A DNA stretch of 64,000 bases from an uncultured Mollicutes bacterium. Lineage in GTDB: Bacteria > Bacillota_I > Bacilli_A > RFN20 > CAG-826. This document shows positions 29,481 through 38,912 of the stretch, piece after piece. The notes below the pieces were generated by a model that saw only the letters and a program-made list of their open reading frames with translations, was not told the origin of the DNA and did not search any database. Both the position numbers and the translations under genes were made by a program. The DNA lies in NCBI GenBank assembly GCA_945936135.1, contig CAMESG010000004.1:50520-114519 (forward strand), given 5' to 3'. Every line of letters begins with the position of its first letter. The first letter of the stretch is position 1.

Positions 29481-30935
29481 CTACTCTTCTTTGCCAGCAA
29501 TGCTAGGATCCGCCATCAAGTAGTCGACTGCCGATTGCAAGGTCTTCTCCTTGCTCGATTTTGCATACATATCGACTTCCGCGGCATCGCGCGTCGCATG
29601 GGTCAAAGCCGCCGGGCCGCCGATGCAACCACCCGGGCAAGCCATGCCTTCGATGAAGTTTCCCTGCAAGCGGTTGCTGCGCGCTTGGTTCAAGGCCATC
29701 TTGCATTGATCCAAACCCGCGGCTTTCACAGGCTTCACTTCAAAGGTGGACCCTTGTTCCTTCAAGGCTTGCGCGACCGCTTCGCTCACGCCACCAGAGC
29801 GGGCAAAGATACGCCCGAAGTAAGAGGCGTTATCCAAGGGCGATTCTTCCAAAGTTGTTAAATCGATCTTCTTCGCATCGAAAAGAACCATGAGTTCTTC
29901 GAAAGTGATCACGCAATCGATATAGGGGGCGACTTCTTTTTCCATCGCTTCCATCTTTTTGGCAATGCAGGGCCCAACGAAGACGACCTTCGCATTCGGA
30001 TCCGTGGATTTGATGTACCGTCCAATCGCCGCCATCGGGGAATAATTCGAGGAGATCTTATCCTTCAAGGTCGGATAGGAGATCTTGACGTAACGGACGA
30101 AAGCCGGGCAGCAAGAAGAGGTCAAGAAACCTTTGGAAGAGAGTTCTTTCGCCTCGTTCATGGCGACCAAATCGGCGCCGACTGCCGCTTCGACAACGTG
30201 GGTGAAACCAAGTTTTTTGCAGCCCGTGATCACCTGGCCAAGCTTCGCAAAATCAAATTGGCTGGAGATCGAAGGCGCCGCGACCAAGTAGACATTCCTG
30301 GAAGGATCCGCTTCTTTTTCCTTTAAGAAATCGATGCAGCGCGTGATGAAGCTCTTGTCCATGATCGCGCCGAAGGGGCAAGCGTAGGAACATTGCCCGC
30401 AACGGGTGCACTTCTCTTCATCAATTTCCGAGATCCCATCTTCGCGAGCGTGGATCGCATTGACCTTGCAAGAGACCTCGCAAGGACGACGGCGATTGGC
30501 GATCGCGCCAAAAGGACAAGCCGCGGCGCATAGGCCGCAATTGACGCAAAGGTTCTTATCAATACGGGCGTGAAGGTCCGGTCCAAAGGAAATCGCGTTG
30601 CGGTGGCAGGCTTGCTCGCAGCGGTGCGCGATGCACCCGCGGCAAAGATCCGTGACTTCAACGCCGGAGAAAGGGCAAGAATCGCAGGCGGGCTCGATGA
30701 CTTCCAACAAATTGGGGTTCTCGGGATCCCCGCCCAAGGCAAGCTCGATCCGTTCCCGAACGATCTCGCGCTCCTTGTAAATGCAGCAGCGCATCGTGGA
30801 TTTTGGGCCAGGCGAGATGATCTTTGGGATCTTGCGTTTCTTTTGATCCAAGGTGCCTTCCCAATAATCTGTCGCGACTTCGAGCAAGACGCGATATTTC
30901 AAATGTTGCACATAGGTGTCGAATCTTTTGTCCAT
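29481..30935 (-). CDS. [FeFe]-hydrogenase-like protein with an N-terminal ferredoxin-like 4Fe-4S domain (HfsD-like)
   Basis: Two CxxCxxCxxxCP ferredoxin motifs; H-cluster-like motifs TSSCCPAFV, GPCIAKKME, EGMACPGGCIGG. Confidence 0.8.
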   Translation of the reverse strand: MDKRFDTYVQHLKYRVLLEVATDYWEGTLDQKKRKIPKIISPGPKSTMRCCIYKEREIVRERIELALGGDPENPNLLEVIEPACDSCPFSGVEVTDLCRGCIAHRCEQACHRNAISFGPDLHARIDKNLCVNCGLCAAACPFGAIANRRRPCEVSCKVNAIHAREDGISEIDEEKCTRCGQCSYACPFGAIMDKSFITRCIDFLKEKEADPSRNVYLVAAPSISSQFDFAKLGQVITGCKKLGFTHVVEAAVGADLVAMNEAKELSSKGFLTSSCCPAFVRYVKISYPTLKDKISSNYSPMAAIGRYIKSTDPNAKVVFVGPCIAKKMEAMEKEVAPYIDCVITFEELMVLFDAKKIDLTTLEESPLDNASYFGRIFARSGGVSEAVAQALKEQGSTFEVKPVKAAGLDQCKMALNQARSNRLQGNFIEGMACPGGCIGGPAALTHATRDAAEVDMYAKSSKEKTLQSAVDYLMADPSIAGKEE

Positions 30936-30944
30936 AAGTTTTCC

Positions 30945-32126
30945 TCAATAATACGAAACCGTGACGTTCTTCCCCATGGAACGGAGTTCATCCGCCAAGG
31001 AGTGAATGATCAACATCTTCATTTTGATGTCGATGCCCATGCCCTGCTCTTGATGGGAGGGATTCACCGCGCAGCCGACGGAGAAGAAGATATCCGTGGC
31101 TTCTTCGAAAAGCTTCCTCGCAAGCAGACTCGCGCCATCTTGACGGAAGCTCCATTCGAAGTAGAACTTGTTTTGTTTTTGGTAATCTTTGGCGAGTTCC
31201 AAGACCTTGTTCAAGGTGATTATCCCCTCGGTCACGAGGTCGACCCCTTCAATGTAACTGATCGGAGGAATCGTGGAATCTTCGAAATCCAGACTTCCTT
31301 GCACGGGCTCATTGAGGTAGTCCGCGGCGATCCTCGCCGTCGTGCCTCCGCAGATCACGTGAGGTCCTTCTTTTTTGAAGAATTCATCGAGCCTCAAAAT
31401 GTCGTCTTCTTTTCTCGTCGCTGGGCCAACCATCAAATTCAAAGGGCTTCTCGACCTTCGCTTGATGGCGAGGCACGTCGTATCGTCCCCAGGGTTTCGG
31501 TTATAAAGAAGATCGCATTGATCGACGAGATAGGTCGCGAGATTCTTCGCGCTTAGCCCAGGGTGGCAAAGGGCTTCGAGATAGGCGATGATCTCTTCTC
31601 TCGTCCAGCCGAAGTTCAAGCTTTCCCCAATGCCCGCGTGGATTGCACCGTCGGAGAAAATCGCCATCACATCCCCAACCTCAAAGGCAAAGGAAGCATA
31701 ATAGATTTTCTTGCCTTCGATCTCCCTCATCTGGTAATCGAGTTCTTCGTTAACACCGTTTCGCAAAAACACCGGCGTTGGGTTATCGAAGTTATAAACG
31801 GTCGCTTGGAAATCCTTGTCCACCCGAACGATCGTGAAGGTACTATAAGCCACGTTCCCGCGGTCTTTGGCAATCGGCAAGGTCTTGACCAAGGCGTCAA
31901 CCCCTTCTTCGATGGAAAGCCCTCTTTCGATCATCTTGCAAAGCATGGTCGAAGCAAGGGTCGAAAGGATGCTCGCGACAACGCCAGAACCAATCCCATC
32001 CGCCAAAACAAAGGTATAGGCGCCTTCAGAATCCGCGCTAATCTCCACGTGATCGCCGCAAAGCTCCTCTCCTTTGTGATTAATCGAGAGGTAGCCGTAT
32101 TCCATCATGGAATCGATCTCGCCCAT
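30945..32126 (-). CDS. PP2C-type (SpoIIE-like) serine phosphatase (HfsC-like)
   Basis: 393 aa; metal-binding ADGIGSG motif; PP2C-like architecture. Confidence 0.75.
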   Translation of the reverse strand: MGEIDSMMEYGYLSINHKGEELCGDHVEISADSEGAYTFVLADGIGSGVVASILSTLASTMLCKMIERGLSIEEGVDALVKTLPIAKDRGNVAYSTFTIVRVDKDFQATVYNFDNPTPVFLRNGVNEELDYQMREIEGKKIYYASFAFEVGDVMAIFSDGAIHAGIGESLNFGWTREEIIAYLEALCHPGLSAKNLATYLVDQCDLLYNRNPGDDTTCLAIKRRSRSPLNLMVGPATRKEDDILRLDEFFKKEGPHVICGGTTARIAADYLNEPVQGSLDFEDSTIPPISYIEGVDLVTEGIITLNKVLELAKDYQKQNKFYFEWSFRQDGASLLARKLFEEATDIFFSVGCAVNPSHQEQGMGIDIKMKMLIIHSLADELRSMGKNVTVSYY

Positions 32127-32131
32127 ATTCT

Positions 32132-33826
32132 TTACTTCTTTTCACCCGTTAAAACGCGGGAAAGGTTCGTCAAGGCGACCTTCGTCTCCGCGACGCTTTG
32201 ACCCAAGAGCTCCGCGATTTCTTGAACCGCACGCATGTTCTTTTCAATGACTTCTTTGGTGACGCGATTCGCCTCGGCGGCGGTTTCTCGTTTCTCTTTC
32301 ATTTCCAAGACCGTGTGGGTGCGGTCGCGGAAGGTTCCGATCACGATGTGATACCGCTCGTCGTGGCGGACGGTCGCTTCCAAATAGAGATTCCTATCTT
32401 CCCAGGCGATATGACGGCTCACGCTATTTCTGCCTTCCAAAGCATCGAGGAACAAGGTCGGATCGATAAAGTCGGAAACGATGTTCCCAATCATGGCCTC
32501 GGGCGTTGATCCCGCCATCGAGGCAAGGACGGGGTTCGCGAGTTGGATGCGAAGGTTCTCGTCGATGACGATGATCCCATTCGGCGAAGATTCAACGACG
32601 TCGTTGCTGAAACTCATCGCCTTGTCCATAAGATAGGGGAGGCACATCGAAACCTGCGCCTTGCCTTTTAACACAGCTTTGGCCTTCTCTCGGCAGGTCA
32701 AATACCCGCAGGAACCGCAATTGAGTTCATCCTTCTTGGTATATTTGCCCATCAAATTCAAAATTCGTTGGATGTCTTCTTTCTTGAAGTCTGGTTCATC
32801 CGTAGGGGTGGATTTCAATTCTTTGGAGAGCTCCTTTAAGGAATAGGGAACCGTCTCAAAGTCTTCGTTGCCCGTCAAGGCACGGACGCGAAGCGAACTC
32901 TTCAAGGCGTTTCGCTTATGCAAAACAGGCCCGTTGACGCAGCTGCCTTCGCAGGCGCTTACTTCCAAAAACAAGTGATGGACATCGCCCGAGGCGACGT
33001 CGCTTAACGCGGACATCACTTCTTCCATCCCCGAGACGGAAACGTATTGATAGGATGGATTCCGTTTTTCCATCGTTTTCAAGATGCCGCCATCGGTTGG
33101 GAAGATGCGCGCCCTTGATTTCTCCAAATAAGCGCTCTTCTCTTCTTTCTCGATAACGATGCCTTTGGATTCAAGCATTCGATTCAGTTCAAGGAAGGTC
33201 AAAGCCAAATCAACGTCATCGTCTTGATCCGCTTCGCCTTTCTTGGCGATGCAAGGCCCGATGAAGATCACCTTGGCGTCTTCGTGGCGGCGTTTGATGT
33301 CTTTCGCGTGTGCGATCATTGGAGAAACGACCGGTGCCAAGCAATGGGCGATGTTCGGATAGAATCTTCTTACGAGGTCATTGACCGCCGGGCAGCAGGT
33401 CGAAAGGATCACTTCCCCTTGGGCTTTGTCAACCAATTCATCGTAGGCTTTCTTGACGATCGTCGCGCCGATCGCGGTTTCTTCAACGCCGGCGAAACCA
33501 AGTTGCTTCAAAGCTTTTTCAAACGTCGCTAAACTCGCATTTGGGTAAGCGCCTAAGAAGCTAGGCGCCAACGAGGCATAGCAATTGCCTTTTTCCAAGA
33601 GCTCAAAGGCGCGTTCCGTATCGTCGCGGATCACCTTGCACCCTTGGGGGCAAACCGTGTAGCAGCGTCCGCAAAGGACGCACTCTTCTTGGATGATGCT
33701 CGCTTGGTTATCGTGAAACGAGATCGACTTTGTCGGGCAAGAGCGAATGCATTTATAGCAAGAACGGCAATCGTTTTTTATCGAGATAAGAGGACGGTCC
33801 ATAAGTATGGCTCCTTTCGTGCGCAC
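32132..33826 (-). CDS. sensory-type [FeFe]-hydrogenase with a C-terminal PAS domain (HydS/HfsB-like)
   Basis: N-terminal Fe-S Cys clusters; H-cluster-like motifs STCCPAV, GPCIAKKGE, EVSACEGSCVNGP (degenerate versus catalytic HydA); extra CGSCGYLTC cluster; C-terminal PAS-like region. Confidence 0.8.
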   Translation of the reverse strand: MRTKGAILMDRPLISIKNDCRSCYKCIRSCPTKSISFHDNQASIIQEECVLCGRCYTVCPQGCKVIRDDTERAFELLEKGNCYASLAPSFLGAYPNASLATFEKALKQLGFAGVEETAIGATIVKKAYDELVDKAQGEVILSTCCPAVNDLVRRFYPNIAHCLAPVVSPMIAHAKDIKRRHEDAKVIFIGPCIAKKGEADQDDDVDLALTFLELNRMLESKGIVIEKEEKSAYLEKSRARIFPTDGGILKTMEKRNPSYQYVSVSGMEEVMSALSDVASGDVHHLFLEVSACEGSCVNGPVLHKRNALKSSLRVRALTGNEDFETVPYSLKELSKELKSTPTDEPDFKKEDIQRILNLMGKYTKKDELNCGSCGYLTCREKAKAVLKGKAQVSMCLPYLMDKAMSFSNDVVESSPNGIIVIDENLRIQLANPVLASMAGSTPEAMIGNIVSDFIDPTLFLDALEGRNSVSRHIAWEDRNLYLEATVRHDERYHIVIGTFRDRTHTVLEMKEKRETAAEANRVTKEVIEKNMRAVQEIAELLGQSVAETKVALTNLSRVLTGEKK

Positions 33827-33869
33827 GCACGGGAAGAAAGCGGAAGCCCATTGGCCTCCGCGAAAAAGA

Positions 33870-34121
33870 TTAACCCAAGCGAGGAAGGATGACTTCGTCC
33901 ACGAAGGAAGGGATCTTTTCGGGGGTTAAGCCCGAGTAGACGTCCTCGCCAACGCGAACCGAAACCCCTTCGGATCCGCAATGGTTCAAACAGAAAGCGG
34001 CTTTGAGATTCACCTTGGAAAGCAAATCCCGTTTGGAAAGTTCTTCTTTCATGGCGTCAATCACGGGCTTCGAGCCTTTCAAATGGCAAGAGCTTCCGAC
34101 GCAGATGGATACATCGATCAT
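33870..34121 (-). CDS. thioredoxin-like [2Fe-2S] ferredoxin (HydC/NuoE-like small subunit)
   Basis: 83 aa with four Cys (CVGSSCH...CLNHC); ATG 3 nt after the adhE stop. Confidence 0.65.
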   Translation of the reverse strand: MIDVSICVGSSCHLKGSKPVIDAMKEELSKRDLLSKVNLKAAFCLNHCGSEGVSVRVGEDVYSGLTPEKIPSFVDEVILPRLG

Positions 34122-34124
34122 ATA

Positions 34125-36767
34125 TCAATTCCCTTTGTAAGCCGCCTTCAAGATCTCGACCATGTCGGGGACGAGCGGCTCGCGAGGGTTCGCTGGTGTG
34201 CACTGGTCCTCGTAGGCCAGGTAAGCGATCTCCTCTAATTTGCTATTATACAGGGCTTCGTCGGGGACGAGGGAGGAGAAATTCATGTCGATTCCGATGT
34301 CTTTGCCCAAATCAAGAACGGCTTTGGCAAGGACATCCTTCGCCTCTTCCTTGTTCTTGCAAGGCAAATCGAGGATGCGGCAAACCTTGTAATACTTCTC
34401 ATCGCAGCAATAGGTCTCGTACTTCGGCCACAAGGCGAGCTTTGTCGGCTGGGTGCCGTTATAGCGGATCACATGAGGAAGCAAAATCGCGCAGGTCTGT
34501 CCGTGGATCGTATGGAATTCGCCGCCCATCTTGTGGGCCAAGGAGTGCGTGATGCCAAGGAAGGCATTCGCGAAAGCCATCCCGGCGATCGTCGCTGCGT
34601 TATGCATTTTCTCACGCGCCTCGGGGTCGTTCTTCCCATCGTGGACGCAACGGGGAAGGTACTTGAAAACCAATTCGATCGCGTGAAGCGCCAAGCCATC
34701 GGTGTAATCGCTCGCCATGACCGAGGTATAGGATTCGATCGCATGGGTCAAGACGTCCATGCCCGTGTAGGCAGTCGAATCCGCAGGAATGTTCGTCGTG
34801 AACTCCGGATCGACGATCGCGATCGAAGGCGTCAACGAGTAATCGGTCAAGGGATATTTCTTGTTGTTTTCCTTATCCGAGATGACGGCGAATGGCGTCA
34901 CTTCCGAGCCCGTTCCCGAGGTCGTCGGGATGCAAATCAATTTGGACTTGCGGCCCAATTCCGGAAATTTGAAGGCCCTTTTGCGGATATCCATGAATTT
35001 CTGCTTGATGTCATCGAAGTTGACTTCGGGGTGTTCATAGAAGATCCACATGCCTTTTGCGGCATCCATCGCGGAGCCTCCGCCAAGGGCGATGATCGTG
35101 TCGGGAGAGAATTCCCTCATCAAAGCGACGCCGCGAAGAACGGTCTTGATATCGGGATCTGGTTCGACCTCGGCGAAAAGCTGATACGTGACCGGGTTCC
35201 GGCGATGATGGAGTTCATCGGTGATCTTGCGCAAGAAGCCGAGCTGGACCATCGAACGGTCGGTGACGATGAAGACTTTCGAAATGTCTTTGGCAGACAT
35301 CAAATATTGAATCGAGTTGCGTTCGAAATAGATCTTTTGCGGAACCTTGAACCATTGCATGGTGTTTCTCCTTTTGCCGACGCGTTTGATGTTGAGCAAG
35401 TTCACGGCGCTGACGTTGCCGCCCACCGAGTTGCCGCCATAAGATCCGCAACCCAACGTAAGGGAAGGAATCAACGAGTTATAAACGTTCCCGATGCCGC
35501 CGAAGGTCGACGGGGAATTCCAAAGGATGCGGATCGCTTTGACCTTGTCGCCGAAGGCATCCGCCATCTTTTGGTCGTGGCAATGGATGGCCGCCGAATG
35601 GCCTAGACCTCCGAATTCAAGCATCTTCTCGCATTGCTCAAAGCCTTCTTTTGCATCCTTCACTTTATATACAGCGAGAATCGGGGAAAGCTTCTCGCGG
35701 CTCAAAGGCTCGATCGAACCAACCTCGGTGCAGTTTACCGCGATAATTTGTGTGCCCTCCGGAACGTCGAAGCCCGCGTTCTTCGCGATGTTTTTCGCGG
35801 ACATCCCGGCGACTTCGCCGCGGAGTTTTGCCTCGTCTTCTTTCCCACACCCTTTGGTCACGCCAAACATATAGGCTTCAAGCTTTGTCTTTTCTTCTTC
35901 GTTTGCGAAGTAGACGCGGTACTTCTTGAAAAGATCGATCGTTTGATCATAAACGGAATCGTCGATGAACACGGCGGATTCCGAGGCGCAGATCATGCCG
36001 TTATCAAAGGACTTCGACAAAACGACATCGTTGACCGCGCGAGTCAAATCCGCGGTTTCGTTGATGTAACAAGGAACGTTTCCAGCGCCGACGCCAAGGG
36101 CAGGCTTGCCTGAGGTATAGGCAGCTTTCACCATGCCAGGTCCGCCCGTAGCGAGGATCGTCGCGACGCCAGGATGCTTCATCAAGGCGCTTGTCGCGTC
36201 AATCGAAGGATGCTCGATCCATTGAATACAGTTTTTCGGAGCACCGGCTTTCACCGCGGCATCCAACATCACCTTGGCCGCTGCGACCGAGCACTTCTGC
36301 GCGCCGGGGTGAAACCCAAAGATAATCGGATTTCTCGTCTTGATGGCAATCAAGCTTTTGAAGATTACGGTCGAAGTTGGGTTTGTGACCGGAGTAACGC
36401 CGCAGATGACGCCAACGGGTTCCGCGATTTCCGTGATGCCCGTAACCGGATCTTCCGAGATCACGCCCACGGTCTTGAGGTGACGCATGTTGTTCACGAC
36501 GTATTCGCAAGCGAAGAGATTCTTCGTCGCCTTGTCTTCGAAAACGCCACGGCCAGTTTCCTCAATCGCCATGCGCGCAAGGATACCATGGTTGTCCAAT
36601 CCGGCGACCGACATCTTCGCGACCATGTTATCCACTTGATCCTGGGTCGCCGTGGAGAATTCCTCCAAGGCGATCAAGGCCTTTTTCACCAACGAATCGA
36701 CTTCTTTTTCGGCCGCGGCTTTTTGAGCCGCCTTTTCCTCTTCGGTTAAGATTTTCTTCTCTGCCAT
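34125..36767 (-). CDS. adhE: bifunctional acetaldehyde-CoA / alcohol dehydrogenase
   Basis: 880 aa; N-terminal aldehyde dehydrogenase domain plus C-terminal iron-type ADH domain (GGGSAMDAAK). Confidence 0.95.
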   Translation of the reverse strand: MAEKKILTEEEKAAQKAAAEKEVDSLVKKALIALEEFSTATQDQVDNMVAKMSVAGLDNHGILARMAIEETGRGVFEDKATKNLFACEYVVNNMRHLKTVGVISEDPVTGITEIAEPVGVICGVTPVTNPTSTVIFKSLIAIKTRNPIIFGFHPGAQKCSVAAAKVMLDAAVKAGAPKNCIQWIEHPSIDATSALMKHPGVATILATGGPGMVKAAYTSGKPALGVGAGNVPCYINETADLTRAVNDVVLSKSFDNGMICASESAVFIDDSVYDQTIDLFKKYRVYFANEEEKTKLEAYMFGVTKGCGKEDEAKLRGEVAGMSAKNIAKNAGFDVPEGTQIIAVNCTEVGSIEPLSREKLSPILAVYKVKDAKEGFEQCEKMLEFGGLGHSAAIHCHDQKMADAFGDKVKAIRILWNSPSTFGGIGNVYNSLIPSLTLGCGSYGGNSVGGNVSAVNLLNIKRVGKRRNTMQWFKVPQKIYFERNSIQYLMSAKDISKVFIVTDRSMVQLGFLRKITDELHHRRNPVTYQLFAEVEPDPDIKTVLRGVALMREFSPDTIIALGGGSAMDAAKGMWIFYEHPEVNFDDIKQKFMDIRKRAFKFPELGRKSKLICIPTTSGTGSEVTPFAVISDKENNKKYPLTDYSLTPSIAIVDPEFTTNIPADSTAYTGMDVLTHAIESYTSVMASDYTDGLALHAIELVFKYLPRCVHDGKNDPEAREKMHNAATIAGMAFANAFLGITHSLAHKMGGEFHTIHGQTCAILLPHVIRYNGTQPTKLALWPKYETYCCDEKYYKVCRILDLPCKNKEEAKDVLAKAVLDLGKDIGIDMNFSSLVPDEALYNSKLEEIAYLAYEDQCTPANPREPLVPDMVEILKAAYKGN

Positions 36768-36829
36768 CGTTACGCTCCTATCGTTCCATTTTCAAACCCC
36801 GTTCTTTCTTCGGGTCATCTCCATAATAT

Positions 36830-37498
36830 TCAAGAGGTAACCCAAGTCAAACTTTTAAGTAAATATTTACCGATATAAGGGATTGAAAACGCTTCCAAAC
36901 TTTTCCCGATCTTGCTCCGTGTGTTTATTTGGAACAAGAAGGATGAAGTTTGGAAGAAAAGATTAGGCGTTTTTGTCCATTTCGTAGGCGCCTTACAAAG
37001 TTTCGGATCCTTTGATCTCACCTTGTTGATATACGCCGTTGCCGATAAGGTCCCTTTGACCACGCCGCCTTGCACGCAATCGACATAGCCTTGCATGTCG
37101 GCCAAGGTGCGATTCGCCGATTCAAGATCTTCATCCGCCATCGTGACGATGAAGTAGAATTCCTTGTTCTTCACTTCAAGCCAACGGGCAACAGTGCGAT
37201 CGATGACCGCCTTGAGTTGAGCGGTGATCGAATAGAAAAAGACGGCGCTAGATGGCACGATGACATCCGCATTGATCATCTTTTGAAGGACGTCCGCCAT
37301 CGCATCTTTTTGCACGCATTCCCTATGGTGTTCGCGGCAGTAATAGCAAGCTAGGCACGGGGCGATCTTCTTGCTCGCGACATGGATCTTTTCAACATCG
37401 TTTTCAGCCTCTTTCGCACCGCGGGTGAACTCATCGCAAATCAAGTCCGAGTTTCCTTTGATTCTCGGAGATCCCGAGAGGACTAAAATCTTTTTCAT
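36830..37498 (-). CDS. flavodoxin-like NAD(P)H-dependent FMN reductase / iron-sulfur flavoprotein family
   Basis: N-terminal KILVLSGSPRIKGNS; CLACYYC cysteine cluster; the C-terminal ~60 aa are atypical and may be an extension. Confidence 0.6.
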   Translation of the reverse strand: MKKILVLSGSPRIKGNSDLICDEFTRGAKEAENDVEKIHVASKKIAPCLACYYCREHHRECVQKDAMADVLQKMINADVIVPSSAVFFYSITAQLKAVIDRTVARWLEVKNKEFYFIVTMADEDLESANRTLADMQGYVDCVQGGVVKGTLSATAYINKVRSKDPKLCKAPTKWTKTPNLFFQTSSFLFQINTRSKIGKSLEAFSIPYIGKYLLKSLTWVTS

Positions 37499-37709
37499 AT
37501 ACGTTTCCTTTCATTATTGTTTGCCTATGCCAATGGGGGTACTGATTCGTTGCAAGGCTTCCGACGAAATACGCATTGATCATATGGATATTGAAAGCCC
37601 TTGTGTTAAGGAAGAATTTGCCGGATTCCCGCCATTCCGAAGTTCATGAGCAAAGCCCATAATTAATCCTAGCATTCCCCGAGGGTTTCATGTATATTAA
37701 TGAACGCGC

Positions 37710-37802
37710 GGAGACATACCCAAGAGGCCGAAGGGGACGGTTTGCTAAACCGTTAGATCGGGAATCCCTGGTGCGAGGGTTCGAATCCCTCTGTCTCCGC
37801 CA
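37710..37802 (+). tRNA. tRNA-Ser (anticodon GCU)
   Basis: 93 nt; acceptor stem GGAGACA/TGTCTCC; anticodon loop TTGCTAA; long variable arm; T-arm GGTTCGAATCC; encoded CCA. Confidence 0.9.
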
Positions 37803-38033
37803 TTACGTCAATCCGCCTCAATGTTTATTGGGGCTTTTTCTTTCACGCCCGGAGCGATGGCTTAAGGCCAACGTGAAGATCGACGAGATTTCGGACTTCC
37901 CGAAACACCGTTCTCTTTTAAATCAATAATTTTTCGTAATATTTGAGGTGCATTTCGTTAGAATTCAGGAAGGCGGAGAGAAATATGGATCTAAAGAGTT
38001 GCGAATACGCCCCCGGGCGCATTGATTTTTTAG

Positions 38034-38519
38034 GCCTACGCAAAGTTCAAGGAGAATCTTGGCGATGGCTTATTCTATCAGGCGGAGAATCTAGAAGAAA
38101 TCGACGTCCCCTCTAGCGTTATCATGATCGAGCCGGAAGCATTCGCAGGTTGCGTGAATCTAAGGCGTTGCGAACTGTGTTCCTGCAACATTCCCAAAAT
38201 CTCCCCGAACACCTTCGAAGACTGCCTTTCTTTGGAGGAACTCCGCCTTCCCGAGGGAACTCTCGTCGTTGGCTCCGATGCGTTTAAAAAGTGTTCTTCT
38301 TTGAAGGCCCTTTCCATTCCCGATTCGGTTCGGGTGATTAACAAAGGCGCGTTCGAAGGATGCGTTTCCTTAGCTACAATTGACCTAAGCGACTCCAAAT
38401 GGGAATATAAGGGCCCTTTTGGTCCGATCTCTTTCACCGGCTATTACTCAACTAGCCCCGCTCAAGCCGCTGCGGATTTGGTCTCGAAATATAGAGGCGT
38501 CTGCAAGAAATTCAAGTGA
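38034..38519 (+). pseudogene. 5'-truncated remnant of a BspA-type leucine-rich-repeat (LRR_5) surface protein gene
   Basis: Reading frame open from the stop at 38031-33 with no start codon until 38124; repeats of the form F.GC..L..I.IP.SV..I...AF..C..L. Confidence 0.5.
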
Positions 38520-38791
38520 ACCGATGAAGAGTTCGAGGCTTTAAGAAATCAAGATAGTGCGAAAAACAGAATGCTCTTGAACATCTATAACAGCAGTCTT
38601 AAAAAAGAATAAAAAGGGCGCCTTCTCCCTGTCCTAAACCTAGAATCATCTTCTGCAGATGTTTTGCCTTCGAGGTTATCGGTTAACTCGCTTATCGAAA
38701 TAACGAAGAGACAATCGAAAAGGGGGAGGTTTCTTTGTTTAACAATGCATCTCCCCTCTTATAGCCTTGTAAGAAATCAAACCAATGAAAA

Positions 38792-38808
38792 TACACCAAT
38801 AGTGTATA
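38792..38808. promoter_or_regulatory. operator-like palindrome TACAC-CAATA-GTGTA about 100 bp upstream of the HTH-protein gene
   Basis: Seen in sequence inside an AT-rich spacer; the downstream gene encodes an N-terminal HTH. Confidence 0.3.
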
Positions 38809-38912
38809 TTTTTTCTCAATAAATAATTTGTATGCTTTTCATATATGCAAAGGCAAGATAGCTTTTACCCATGCCTTCTTGATAATCTTGTTTTGCGAAA
38901 GGAATTTGAGTC

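Noticed and set aside
36768-36829. Possible Rex box (TTTGAAAATGGAAC) upstream of adhE
   Set aside because: It matches only about 8 of 14 positions of TTGTGAAnnnnTTCACAA, so it is not convincing.
37690-37929. 79-aa plus-strand ORF (MYINERAETYPRGRRGRFAKPL...) overlapping tRNA-Ser(GCU)
   Set aside because: It is a translation of the tRNA itself (the GFES/GFEP-type artefact), not a gene.
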